Shown: one piece after another, positions 29,954 through 39,755 of the stretch
How the letters are laid out: every line of letters starts with the position of its first letter
Numbering within the stretch: position 1 is the stretch's first letter
NCBI GenBank assembly: GCA_965248265.1
Contig: CBDFJF010000001.1
Span: 928,001 to 992,000, forward strand
Reading direction: 5' to 3'
Source of the DNA: Candidatus Latescibacterota bacterium
Lineage (GTDB): Bacteria; Latescibacterota; UBA2968; UBA8231
Length of the DNA: 64,000 nt
The notes under the pieces: generated by a model
Databases searched by the model: none
Seen by the model: the letters and a program-made list of their open reading frames with translations, nothing else
Told to the model about the DNA's origin: nothing
Program-made: the position numbers and the translations under genes

Positions 29954-31833
29954 GCGGCATGGCGCAGTTGCCCGATCATGTGACCCATGTCCTGGGCTGG
30001 ACGTTGATTCACTTTCTCTGGCAAGGGACCGCCGTCGCGGCGCTGCTCGCGGTGGCTAACGCCACGATTTGTAGCCGACGAGTCGATCTACGCTATGGCC
30101 TTGCATGTACCGGTATGGTGCTGCTGGTACTCCTCCCGACTATCACGGCCTGGGCGATAGGTCAGGCAGCGGAAACCGGACCTCGACCTGCGCCTCCAGC
30201 GCTGTTCGCGGATGCCTTTGCCGGCCGGTCCGAGCCGCTGGTATCTCTGATGAAAAAAGCGGACAGTGATGCCGTTAACTGGCCGATCGCCGCGCGGACC
30301 GTCGAGGAATACCTGCCGTGGGCAGTTCACCTCTGGATGGTTGGTGCAGCCCTGTTCCTGTTTCGCATGGCCGGTGGATGGACACACCTGCAATCCCTGC
30401 GCAGGATCAGTCGGCCGATGGGAGATGGCCAGTGGCAGCGAATCGTCTGGGCCCACGGCCGGCGTCTGGGTATGCACGCGGTCCCACTCCTGGAGTCGAC
30501 GCGAATCGCGGTCCCCATCGTGGTCGGCTGGCTGCGTCCGGCCATTCTCGTGCCCGTCGGCTTGTTCGCGGGCATGGCGCCGCGACACATCGAGGCCATC
30601 CTGCTGCACGAACTCGCCCACATCCGTCGGGGAGATGGTCTTGTCAATGTGCTGCAGGCGCTGGCGGAGTCTGTGTTGTTCTTCCATCCCGCCGTCTGGT
30701 GGGTATCGCATCGCATACGCATCGAAAGAGAGTTCTGTTGCGATGACGCAGTGGTCTCCACGTTCGGTGACTCCAGGACTTATGCGCGTGCGCTGTCGAT
30801 TGTGGGCGAACGACGCAACGACATGCTGGCAGTGGCGGCAACCAGCGGCCGGCTGTTAGCGCGAATTCATCGCTTGCTGCGAACCGAATCCCGGAGGTTG
30901 CCTGGGGATTGGGTGGCACCACTCGTGGCGTTCTCGCTGGCGTTGGCGGTTCTGGCGATCACGCTTCCCTCTCTCCAGGTGCGCGTAGAAGAGAGCCTGA
31001 TAGGTACTGCATCTCGTTTGAAGGTCGAGCCTGGGGATATCCTCTCCCTCACTCGGTCACTCGGCGAACGGCCTCAACTTGGGTCAGACAGCGCAACCGA
31101 TTCACTACCCACCTGGCAAAGCGCCGTCCTCGCCGATATCTCGCCTGCAGACATCCTACATCCGGGCCCGGCGCAAGGTATGTCCAAAGCGACACAAGTA
31201 TTCAGTCCGACCATACCCGCCAGGGTGAGCTCGGTGGCAGATCCGCCTCGAGAAAAAATATGGCCGCGCTCCGATCCGAGATTTTGGATCGGCGAGTACT
31301 ATGGTACCGCAGATATTCATAGGTATCGAGTTAACCCGACGTGGCCGGATTCAAACACGGTCAGAGAGCAACTCTTGGAAGACAGAGGTTTCACGGTCCG
31401 AATCAGACGGCCGGTGCTGATAGGCGGTAATCCTAACATCCTTGCCGCGAACGCCGACATCGAGGTCAATTTTGGCACCTTGCGGGACGGATGGGTACCG
31501 GAGCGATTTGAGCGATTACATTGGGAGAGATTCTACGGTAACAGCAACAGCTGCTCGTCTTTCCTGGTCGACCTCGATTTGAGTTCGCGCATTGACGGCA
31601 AGTTCCGCAGTAGTTGGCCTGGGCCGGAGAATGTGATAGCCCGCATGACCAAGAAGGGCGACCGATTGGTCGGCACCTTCAAGCCCTACTGCCGCGATTG
31701 GCGCGCACGTTCTGACAGTCTCGATAGTCCTGCTTTGCCCATGGCTGAATACCGGTTCGATGTGAGGAAGCGAATGTCGCGCAACGGTGAGTCGACATCT
31801 CAATTGTTGTCGCGCTCGGCATCGGCTGACTGA
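29950..31833 (+). CDS. BlaR1-like M56 family metallopeptidase
   Basis: LIHFLWQG, ILLHELAH, FFHPAVWW and EREFCCD. Confidence 0.9.
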   Translation: MSGMAQLPDHVTHVLGWTLIHFLWQGTAVAALLAVANATICSRRVDLRYGLACTGMVLLVLLPTITAWAIGQAAETGPRPAPPALFADAFAGRSEPLVSLMKKADSDAVNWPIAARTVEEYLPWAVHLWMVGAALFLFRMAGGWTHLQSLRRISRPMGDGQWQRIVWAHGRRLGMHAVPLLESTRIAVPIVVGWLRPAILVPVGLFAGMAPRHIEAILLHELAHIRRGDGLVNVLQALAESVLFFHPAVWWVSHRIRIEREFCCDDAVVSTFGDSRTYARALSIVGERRNDMLAVAATSGRLLARIHRLLRTESRRLPGDWVAPLVAFSLALAVLAITLPSLQVRVEESLIGTASRLKVEPGDILSLTRSLGERPQLGSDSATDSLPTWQSAVLADISPADILHPGPAQGMSKATQVFSPTIPARVSSVADPPREKIWPRSDPRFWIGEYYGTADIHRYRVNPTWPDSNTVREQLLEDRGFTVRIRRPVLIGGNPNILAANADIEVNFGTLRDGWVPERFERLHWERFYGNSNSCSSFLVDLDLSSRIDGKFRSSWPGPENVIARMTKKGDRLVGTFKPYCRDWRARSDSLDSPALPMAEYRFDVRKRMSRNGESTSQLLSRSASAD

Positions 31834-31881
31834 AGAACTCGGACCGTCGTTGGCGGAATCCGATGGGCGGGTTGCTAGTCC

Positions 31882-31908
31882 CCTCTGAAATACGTAATGT
31901 TTCAGAGG
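31882..31908. terminator. Hairpin, possible terminator
   Basis: CCTCTGAAA...TTTCAGAGG inverted repeat after the M56 gene. No clear U-tract on the plus strand. Confidence 0.3.
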
Positions 31909-31913
31909 AAATA

Positions 31914-31994
31914 AGTCCGACGCAACTGGCGAGTACGCGTGGAACTGACCACGGGGAAGTGTCGGACTAAAATGGCTGGCCGATCGCCTGGGCC
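31914..31994 (+). ncRNA. ZMP/ZTP (pfl) riboswitch
   Basis: P1 AGTCCGACGC/GTGTCGGACT, conserved ACTGGCG, GTGG...CCACGGGGA and 3' hairpin GCCGATCGCCTGGGC. Lies upstream of an AICAR transformylase gene. Confidence 0.88.
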
Positions 31995-32061
31995 CACACT
32001 CAACGGGGTCTGGGCGTTCATCGTTCTGGGCCCGGAACTCAAGCTGTGATGGAGGCCCAAC

Positions 32062-33225
32062 ATGACTGCGCCAGCACTTTTACTGCGCCACGGATGCAAT
32101 CCCCACCAGAAACCCGCTGCGCTAAGCACCAGAAATGGCTCGCTTCCTCTCACCGTGCTCAATGGCGAACCCGGCTACATCAATCTGTTGGATGCCCTCA
32201 ACTCGTGGCAACTGGTCCGGGAGCTCGACCTGGCAGCTACCCTGCCCTCTGCCGCCTCATTCAAGCACGTGAGTCCTTCAGGGGCTGCGGTCGGTGTCCC
32301 TCTGTCCCCTGCTCTTCGGACCTCCTACCGAATTGGCAATGACGAACTCTCGCCGGTGGCTGCAGCATATGCCCGCGCCCGCGGTGCAGATCGGGTGTCA
32401 TCCTACGGCGACTGGGTAGCGCTCAGCCGCACCGTAGATCGATCTGTGGCCGACGTCCTGAAGCGGGAGTTCTCTCACGGTATCATCGCGCCAGGCTACG
32501 ACGACGACGCTCTGGGAGTCCTCCGGTCGAAGATGTCGGGCGGGTACAAGATCCTGCAGATCGATCCCAACTATGAACCCCCGGTCGAAGAGCGGCGTGA
32601 GGTATTCGGACTCGTCTTCGAGCAGCGCCGGAACGACATCCAGTTGGATGCAAGCCTGCTCGGGAACATCGTTTGCGGTACATCCCAGCTGCCCCAGACT
32701 GTCATCCGGGACATGCTTGTTGCTCTCACCGCCCTCAAGTACACTCAATCGAATTCCGTCTGCTTTGCCGCCGACGGTCAGATCATCGGCATGGGGGCTG
32801 GCCAGCAGTCCCGCATACACTGCACCATGATTGCGGCTGAGAAAGCCAAGCGTTGGGCGTTACGCCAGCTCCCGGCGACCCGGGGGCTTCCTTTCCGTAA
32901 AGGTTTGAAGCGTGCTGATCGCGACAATGCAGTTGATCTTTACCTGCGGGGCAATCTCACGCCTGCCGAACAGGCCATTGTGCAGAACGCTTTCTTTGAG
33001 CCGGTCGCGCTCCGTCAAGATCAACAAGCCAACGGCCTTGCTGATGTGGTGATGGCGTCCGATGGCTACCTTCCATTCAGGGACAACATTGATCAGGCAG
33101 TAACTGCGGGCGTTAGGTGGATTGTCCAGCCAGGGGGATCGAAGGCCGACGAGCCTGTGATCGAAGCATGTGAGGAATACGGGATCACAATGGTGTTTAC
33201 TGGTGTCAGACTCTTTCACCATTGA
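32062..33225 (+). CDS. purH: AICAR transformylase (PurH transformylase domain only)
   Basis: LRHGCNPHQ, ASFKHVSP, KYTQSNSV, GAGQQSRIHC, QPGGS and RLFHH. Confidence 0.9.
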   Translation: MTAPALLLRHGCNPHQKPAALSTRNGSLPLTVLNGEPGYINLLDALNSWQLVRELDLAATLPSAASFKHVSPSGAAVGVPLSPALRTSYRIGNDELSPVAAAYARARGADRVSSYGDWVALSRTVDRSVADVLKREFSHGIIAPGYDDDALGVLRSKMSGGYKILQIDPNYEPPVEERREVFGLVFEQRRNDIQLDASLLGNIVCGTSQLPQTVIRDMLVALTALKYTQSNSVCFAADGQIIGMGAGQQSRIHCTMIAAEKAKRWALRQLPATRGLPFRKGLKRADRDNAVDLYLRGNLTPAEQAIVQNAFFEPVALRQDQQANGLADVVMASDGYLPFRDNIDQAVTAGVRWIVQPGGSKADEPVIEACEEYGITMVFTGVRLFHH

Positions 33226-33262
33226 AACTGTGGGCAACCGGTTCGGGTTAGGATAGAGAGCC

Positions 33263-34071
33263 ATGAGGCCATCTGAGGAATCCAATAGAAGGCTCTGGGA
33301 TCGTCTAGTAGAACTGAATTCGAAGTCCGAGTTCTACGACGTAGAAAGCTTTCGCAGTGGCCGGTGCACTCTCAGACCGATCGAAATTGAAGAACTGGGT
33401 GACGTGACAGGTCAACGTTTGCTCCATCTCCAATGTCATTTCGGTATGGACACACTATCCTGGGCAAGGCGAGGCGCCATCGCCACAGGCGTTGTTTTTC
33501 TCACGCTGCCATACGGATGGCGCGCGAGCTCAATGCAGATCTGGGTATGGATGTTCGATTCGTGGAAGCCGATATTGCCAGCCTCCATGACATCCTCAAG
33601 GAACCATTCGACATTGTGTTTACGTCGTATGGAGTTTTGTGTTGGTTGCCCGATCTCACAGAGTGGGCTCAAACCATTGCCCACTTTCTTGAGTCAGACG
33701 GCGTGTTTCTGCTTGTTGAAGGGCATCCGCTCAACGACGTATTCATGAATGAAAGCGATACAACCCATCTGCAAGTATCCTACTCCTACTTCCACAACGA
33801 CGAACCAACACGGTGGGATGATGACGAGCCGTATGCTGATCGCAGCGAGAAGATAGGCCTGCCTTCCTTCGAATGGACCCACAGCCTGAGCGACATTCTC
33901 AATTCTCTGATTCAAGCAGGCCTCACGATTGAGCGTCTCAATGAATTCCCGTTTTCCTTCTATGACCACTATCCATTCCTCGAGAAGTGTTCCGATGGAT
34001 GGTATCGATTCAAGGACGGCAAGGAGACAATCCCGATGACGTTCTCCTTGAGGGCAAGAATGAAGCGGTAA
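33263..34071 (+). pseudogene. Class I SAM-dependent methyltransferase with a 1-nt frameshift
   Basis: LLHLQCHFGMDT in ORF1 and FDIVFTSYGVLCWLPDL in ORF2. The expected GVDFS is restored by one extra base near 33495. Confidence 0.8.
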
Positions 34072-34121
34072 CTTGGAGGACGAAGCGCTGTGGGTAAGAA
34101 GCGATCCGAGATACGGTAATC

Positions 34122-35528
34122 ATGAGAACGATATTGTTTTTCAACGATTGGAATCTCAATCGTAGAGATAATCTCGTCCGGCACGTCGGGCGCCCGAAGC
34201 TGGTGCAAGAGGCTACGTTTGTAGATCCTCACATTGATACGTCCTTTGGATACCCTACCGTCTATCGGGACCGAAGCGTGTGGCGCATCCTCTATCAGGG
34301 CGCAGTCCATCACGGCTACTACTATGAGAAATACGGGCCGGGCCATTTTCCGCTGGTTGCCGAAAGCGATGACGGAATTCGGTGGAAGGTTCCAGACCTG
34401 CCTCCTGCGGACGAGCTCCCAGAGCGCCGATTCCCCAACCACTTGGGGATTCCGGTCGAGAAGTTTGGGGAGTGGTGCCATTACGTTGACGAGAGAGCCG
34501 ACGACCCTGCGGAACGAGTGAAGGCATTCATCGTCTACAATTCCGACCCCTCGAAATCGTCGTCGGCGACCGCGCTGTGGACATCCCCCGATGGAGTGTC
34601 GTGGCGACAGAAAAACGGGGTCGTGTGGAGTTCCGGAGCGCCAGACCCTGGTATCTTCGCCTTTTGGAACGAGGCGCAAAAAAGCTATGTCATTTCGGCT
34701 CGTCCCACAGGAGGAGACCGGCGCATAGCACTGTCAGAGACGAGCGATTGGCTCGAGTTTGGTGAGCCGTACGTGATTCTGGAACCTGACTCGCTCGATA
34801 CTCCCCTTTCCGAGCTCTATGGAATGCCGGTGTTCCCGTACGAGGGGGTGTTCATCGGGCTTCTGTGGATTTTTCACACTGATCCGATGCGAACCGTCAG
34901 AGAGTTTCAGGGGGTGCCACTCGGATACGGACACATAAACGCATTCTGGGGAGGCAAGATCGACAGCCAACTGACGTTTAGTCGCGACGGCCGGCATTTT
35001 CACCGTACCCTTCGGGACCCGCTGATTCCCATCGCCGAGCCAGGCGACTTTGGCGCTGGTAGCATCATGCCGACGTCTCTTATCATCGATGACGATCAGT
35101 CCATCCGTATCTACTCGAGCTCGTCGAAGCGGGAGCATGGACTCAACCTCCCATCATGGGAAGCCGGCTCCGGTGCTCTGCTGATGCACAAACTGCGGCT
35201 CGATGGCTTCATGTACCTGGAGTCAGCCGGTGGCTCAGGCATGCTCGGCACCCGACCCATCACCTGGAACAGCGGCGAGGTTCGGCTCAACGTGCAGGCG
35301 CCCGGTGGCGAAGCCCGCGTCCAAGTCACAGATCCGGGCCGTCAACTGATCGAAGGTTATTCCTTTTCAGACTGCCTGCCCTTCTCCGGAGACGATCTGT
35401 TTTGGGAGCCTCAGTGGAAGGACGGACGCCGCATGTCTGAGCTGGCCGGGCAGAATCTCCGTCTCGAGATCAGCTTGTTCAACGCCCGTATCTATGCGAT
35501 TCGTGGCGACTTCGGTGCGCTTGCATAA
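34122..35528 (+). CDS. Hypothetical GH32/GH43-like beta-propeller protein
   Basis: Asp-box-like SDDGIRW, SPDGVSW and SRDGRHF, then LRLDGF and a C-terminal beta-sandwich. Confidence 0.65.
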   Translation: MRTILFFNDWNLNRRDNLVRHVGRPKLVQEATFVDPHIDTSFGYPTVYRDRSVWRILYQGAVHHGYYYEKYGPGHFPLVAESDDGIRWKVPDLPPADELPERRFPNHLGIPVEKFGEWCHYVDERADDPAERVKAFIVYNSDPSKSSSATALWTSPDGVSWRQKNGVVWSSGAPDPGIFAFWNEAQKSYVISARPTGGDRRIALSETSDWLEFGEPYVILEPDSLDTPLSELYGMPVFPYEGVFIGLLWIFHTDPMRTVREFQGVPLGYGHINAFWGGKIDSQLTFSRDGRHFHRTLRDPLIPIAEPGDFGAGSIMPTSLIIDDDQSIRIYSSSSKREHGLNLPSWEAGSGALLMHKLRLDGFMYLESAGGSGMLGTRPITWNSGEVRLNVQAPGGEARVQVTDPGRQLIEGYSFSDCLPFSGDDLFWEPQWKDGRRMSELAGQNLRLEISLFNARIYAIRGDFGALA

Positions 35529-35556
35529 CTCCCATTGGTACTACCGCGCCCGGTGA

Positions 35557-35619
35557 TCACTTGTACCCGTACTTCTCTACGATATCCTCGCGAACGGTAA
35601 CACCGAGACCCGGAGCGTC
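35557..35619 (-). pseudogene. C-terminal remnant of an enolase-superfamily (MR/MLE) gene
   Basis: The minus strand reads DAPGLGVTVREDIVEKYGYK*, with no upstream gene body. Confidence 0.5.
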
Positions 35620-35804
35620 GCAACGTCGCCTGTGTTGCCCTGTATCCAATGGGGGTGGTCGAGGACAAGCAATGGAACGTCCCTAAATCAGAGTCCCCGT
35701 GTTCGTTGGGCGCGCTGTGGCGGCCTTGGGATCCGATATCCGATGGGCGGTTTGCCGGGTGAAGCGACCGAAAGGGACGCGAAATTGCCCGCCCGGTGTA
35801 GTTA

Positions 35805-35823
35805 TGCGAACGAAACGTTAAGT
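35805..35823 (+). other. attI-like simple site at the head of the cassette array
   Basis: TGCGAAC, 5-bp spacer, GTTAAGT. The downstream sequence is complementary to the end of the first cassette. Confidence 0.5.
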
Positions 35824-35852
35824 GAAATTGATAAACAACGGCCTCAGATCCC

Positions 35853-36566
35853 ATGATTGAACGCCCGAAAACGATTTTGCGCCGGTTCTCCTTTGCAACC
35901 CTTCTCCTCGCGGTTGCTGCCGACGGAACCGAAACGTCAGACGTGGATTCTGTGCTGACGACCTACGCGTTCCAGGTTGAGTTTTTCACCATGCGAATTC
36001 ACTACAACGAGGAGTTATCGACATTTCTGAACGAGAAGGTCAAAGGCGAGTGGTACGATATGGAGGGCTACAACACTCGTCTCATTCATACAAGGTTGTC
36101 GAAGAACGACTCGCTGACTTACGCGGTTGACTTCAATTTCGGCGCTAGCGTCGATCCAAGCTTTGAATTCTATAGGGTTGTAAAGAACGGTCACGTCAAG
36201 ATCGGACGAATTCTTGGCACACAACTTACGCTTCCCGGAGATGAGACAGTTCATGTTTCGGGCCACACTAACAGCATGTTCAACAAAAGGCGCAAGTTCG
36301 AACTGAAGAAAGGGGAGATCGTCGAGATCGCGCAGCCTTTCTACTACGTGGGAATCGAGTCCAAAACCACGGAGGGTGTTCATATATACTCAGATACTTC
36401 GAAGGCGAATTCGGTGGCGTATCTAAATGCCGGATCCCAAGTGACCGTCCTGTTAAACAAAGGGCGTCACTATCTGATTGAAACGCCTGAAGGATTGACA
36501 GGTTGGTTGGAGATCACATCGCCATGGGAAGGCCCCATCAAGGACATTCATTGGGTTGGCGATTAG
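35853..36566 (+). CDS. Exported hypothetical protein with a C-terminal SH3-like domain (cassette 1)
   Basis: Signal-peptide-like N-terminus and VAYLNAGSQVTVL...YLIETPEGLTGWL. Confidence 0.65.
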   Translation: MIERPKTILRRFSFATLLLAVAADGTETSDVDSVLTTYAFQVEFFTMRIHYNEELSTFLNEKVKGEWYDMEGYNTRLIHTRLSKNDSLTYAVDFNFGASVDPSFEFYRVVKNGHVKIGRILGTQLTLPGDETVHVSGHTNSMFNKRRKFELKKGEIVEIAQPFYYVGIESKTTEGVHIYSDTSKANSVAYLNAGSQVTVLLNKGRHYLIETPEGLTGWLEITSPWEGPIKDIHWVGD

Positions 36567-36658
36567 GCTACGGTGCCTGCCCGTGTGGATGCAACTTCAC
36601 TTAAAACCAGTTATATGTCATGCAGGTCATAGGTCTTTAGCTGGAGGTAAGTATGTAA

Positions 36659-37591
36659 ATGAAAATGTTCAGAACTGACTTATTGCTTGGAGTCATGATT
36701 ACGGTAGTCTCGCAGGGAGCCTGTAACGGAGAGTCGGTAAGCAAGATCGCGTTCCAGCAGTTCGCCGGTGGTCCTCTTCTCGTCATGGATGTAGATGGAA
36801 GTAACCAGAAGCAGTTAACAAGCGCAATGGGAAGGTACCCAACGTGGTCTCCAGATGGCACCAAGCTGGCGTTTGCCAAGGGGGAAGATATTTACATGAT
36901 AAGCCTTGATGGAGGAGATGAGACAAGACTGACACAAGGCCTGTTTCCCGCCTGGTCGCCAGATGGAAGGCAGATTGCCTACAGCCGGATTCGGTCAGAT
37001 TTTGTGAATGCTGATATATACGTGGCGGATATACATGGCAATAATGAGAGAAAAGTAACGGAAGGTATGTATCCTTCTTGGTCCCCGGGTGGAGATGTGA
37101 TTGCTTACAGTAAGGGTGGTTTGAGCAAGCAATGGGCAGTCGATCGTTCGACCAAGATCTATACAGTGGGTATTGATGGAAGCGATCAAAGAGAACTGAT
37201 GAACGGACTTATCCCGTCCTGGTCACCGGATGGCAGTAAGATTCTATTCATGAGAGTAGATGGCGGCCCTCTGTTTGGCGGTGAGTCAAGCGTAAGCATC
37301 TACGTGATGGATGATGATGGAAGCAATCAGGTGCGATTAGTAGAGGGTGTTGCTGCTACTGAGGCAATCTCGTTTGGTCTCACGCGGTCGGGGTCTTGGT
37401 CACCGGATGGAAGCAGAATCGTATTTGCTCAGATGGCGGCCACGGGGGCGTTCATTTGCGTCATGGATGCGGACGGGAGTAACCCAGTCAAATTAACAGA
37501 GGGGGTAAACCCTTCTTGGTCGCCCTTTATTGAAGCGACAACCGTTACTGAAGACAGGACGTGGGGTCGAATAAAATCCGACGCGCCCTAA
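36659..37591 (+). CDS. TolB-like PD40-repeat beta-propeller protein (cassette 2)
   Basis: Repeated PxWSPDG motifs and a C-terminal TWGRIK. Confidence 0.85.
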   Translation: MKMFRTDLLLGVMITVVSQGACNGESVSKIAFQQFAGGPLLVMDVDGSNQKQLTSAMGRYPTWSPDGTKLAFAKGEDIYMISLDGGDETRLTQGLFPAWSPDGRQIAYSRIRSDFVNADIYVADIHGNNERKVTEGMYPSWSPGGDVIAYSKGGLSKQWAVDRSTKIYTVGIDGSDQRELMNGLIPSWSPDGSKILFMRVDGGPLFGGESSVSIYVMDDDGSNQVRLVEGVAATEAISFGLTRSGSWSPDGSRIVFAQMAATGAFICVMDADGSNPVKLTEGVNPSWSPFIEATTVTEDRTWGRIKSDAP

Positions 37592-37646
37592 TGTAGATGG
37601 ATCCTGTCTTCGCTCAAGGTTTCTGTTATTACGGAGACGGTGCTGC

Positions 37647-38960
37647 TGCAGCAACCGGGCTGATAGGTAACAGTCTAAACCGGGTTGATGGGTGACACTA
37701 TTGTTTTGATTGAATTCACTCCCGTACGATCATGTCCCTCTCGTCGACGGTGGCTAGGAGGACGGTGTTGAAGTAGATGGCCCAGACGCCGTCGTCGATC
37801 TCCTCGAGACCGATGTCGAGATGCTTGAGAGACTGAGCGATGAAGATGAGCTTGTGGCCGAGGCGTATGGTCCCGGCTCGGGTGACGTGCTTGATGACGA
37901 AGTGACCGGGGTACTCAATGGTCGGCATGCGGCCGGGATAGGGCCGGGGTGATGGGTGGTACCGGGAGCCAGGAGTCTTGCCGTTGAGGGCGTCATGGGG
38001 ACGCTCGTCGTTGTAGAGCTGTCGGAAGCGCTGGAAGGATCGCTGCTGGGCGGCCTTGTTGGCGGCGGGTGGCCGACAGGTAGCGGCCTTCAAGGTGCGA
38101 TGCATGCGTTCGTGGGCGCCATTTTCCTGCGGCGATGCCGGGCGGATCCGCTGGTGCACGATGCCGAGCCTCATCCACCAAACGTTGAGTCGGCATAGCC
38201 CATGCAATCCTCTGGAAGCAAAGGGAACGCCGTTGTCGGTGCGAATGGCCTGAGGCAGGCCGAATTCGCGGAAGGCTCTCTCGAAGACCGGACGCGCATG
38301 CAAGGTCTTGATGTCGGGCAGGGCGCGGCAGGTCAGGAGATAGCGAGTGTGCTGATCGCTGATGGTGAGAGGGAAACACCAAACTCCGTTCTTGGTAGGA
38401 AATTGGCCTTTGAAGTCGGCCGTCCACAGATCGTTGGGGTTGTCGGTGGTCGGCGGCACGGCTCCGGGGTGCTGACGTGGGCGTCGTCGTCGTCGCTTCT
38501 TCACCAGGCCTTCGCGCACCAGCAGATCGCCTGCCGTACTGACCGCCGGCCAGGAGCAGATGTGCGGATGTCGAGGCGCCAGCCAGTCCAACAGTTTGTT
38601 CGGTCCCCAATCGGGGTGCCGTGTGCGCGCTCCGAGAATGAGCTCGGCAATCTCTGGCGCCATGCGATGCGGACAGGTGTGGGGCGCGTGACTGCGGTCC
38701 TGTAACCCGGGCACCCCCTCTTCGGCGTGCCGCTGAAGCCACTTGTATCCGGTTTTGCGGCTGATCCCGTATCGCTCGCACAGCTCCGCTCTCGAGTAGT
38801 GCCCGCGCTGATCGTCGGCGATAAATCGCTTACGTTGTTCCATGGGTGCTGTCTCCATCCAGGGCATCGACCAACCTCCCAATTGGGGTTGGTCAAAAAG
38901 TAGAAGGAGTGTCACCCATCAACCCGGTCAGATGTGTTACCAATCTACCCGGTTTGTACC
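37647..38960 (-). mobile_element. IS481-family insertion sequence
   Basis: About 50-bp inverted repeats, each with two CCGGG(T/C)NGATNGGT(A/G)ACA units. Exact ends and target duplication are unclear. Confidence 0.82.
37716..38867 (-). CDS. IS481 transposase
   Basis: GISRKTGYKW, LWTADFKG, IRTDNG, NGAHERMHRTLK and YNDERPH. Confidence 0.93.
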   Translation of the reverse strand: MPWMETAPMEQRKRFIADDQRGHYSRAELCERYGISRKTGYKWLQRHAEEGVPGLQDRSHAPHTCPHRMAPEIAELILGARTRHPDWGPNKLLDWLAPRHPHICSWPAVSTAGDLLVREGLVKKRRRRRPRQHPGAVPPTTDNPNDLWTADFKGQFPTKNGVWCFPLTISDQHTRYLLTCRALPDIKTLHARPVFERAFREFGLPQAIRTDNGVPFASRGLHGLCRLNVWWMRLGIVHQRIRPASPQENGAHERMHRTLKAATCRPPAANKAAQQRSFQRFRQLYNDERPHDALNGKTPGSRYHPSPRPYPGRMPTIEYPGHFVIKHVTRAGTIRLGHKLIFIAQSLKHLDIGLEEIDDGVWAIYFNTVLLATVDERDMIVRE

Positions 38961-38969
38961 GTGCACGAC

Positions 38970-39058
38970 ATATAACATCGCAATTCATGGCTTCGGGGCA
39001 TTCGCCCCTACGCTGCAACCCTCCGGCGGCGGGTTCATGAATTGGAGAAACGATATAT
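38970..39058 (+). repeat. attC site
   Basis: R'' ATATAAC, L boxes CAATTCATG/CATGAATTG and R' GATATAT. Confidence 0.82.
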
Positions 39059-39157
39059 GAAATGGAACGTTGAAGAATCAGAAATAGTCGCGGCATGTTT
39101 TAGGAATAAGCAGAGATGTCGCACGTATTGGTCGATCAAACCCTGTTCGGCATCCAG

Positions 39158-39739
39158 ATGAGCAGCAAGCCCAAATGCATTATCGTCACTGGCCGGCCGG
39201 GATCCGGGAAGACGAGCCTATCCAGAATACTCGCAGATCGGCTCTGGATGCCGGTCATCAGTCGCGATGAGATGAAGGAGGGTTATGTAAACACCCATGG
39301 CGTCAAGCACGATCAGCTTCCCCCGGATACCAATGCCGTGGTTTCAGATTTCTTCTTTGAGATGGTGAATCAATACCTTGTCGGTAAGATTTCTGTCATC
39401 GTAGAGGCGGCCTTCCAGCACAAGGTCTGGGAACCAAGGATGCCTAAGATCCGTGAATTGGGCACTCCCTTCATTGTTGTATGCTCCGTTGACGGCATGG
39501 TAGCAGCAAAGCGCCATCTGCAGCGGGGACTGGATGACTCCAACCGGGAGTTCTACCATGGTGATAGGCGCGTCGCCATCTACAAGGAAACAGGTGAGAT
39601 GTCGCCTCCAGGCAGCTATGTTGCTCCGGATTTTGACGTGCCAACTGTTCAAGTCTCAACGGAAGCAGAATACTCACCTAGCATCGATGAGATAGTGAAG
39701 CGCTTCCGACTATTGGATACTCCTTCGGAGACGAAGTGA
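39158..39739 (+). CDS. AAA_33-like P-loop kinase (cassette 3)
   Basis: IIVTGRPGSGKT and ISRDEMKE. Confidence 0.8.
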   Translation: MSSKPKCIIVTGRPGSGKTSLSRILADRLWMPVISRDEMKEGYVNTHGVKHDQLPPDTNAVVSDFFFEMVNQYLVGKISVIVEAAFQHKVWEPRMPKIRELGTPFIVVCSVDGMVAAKRHLQRGLDDSNREFYHGDRRVAIYKETGEMSPPGSYVAPDFDVPTVQVSTEAEYSPSIDEIVKRFRLLDTPSETK

Positions 39740-39755
39740 GTTGAGTTTCCACTTC

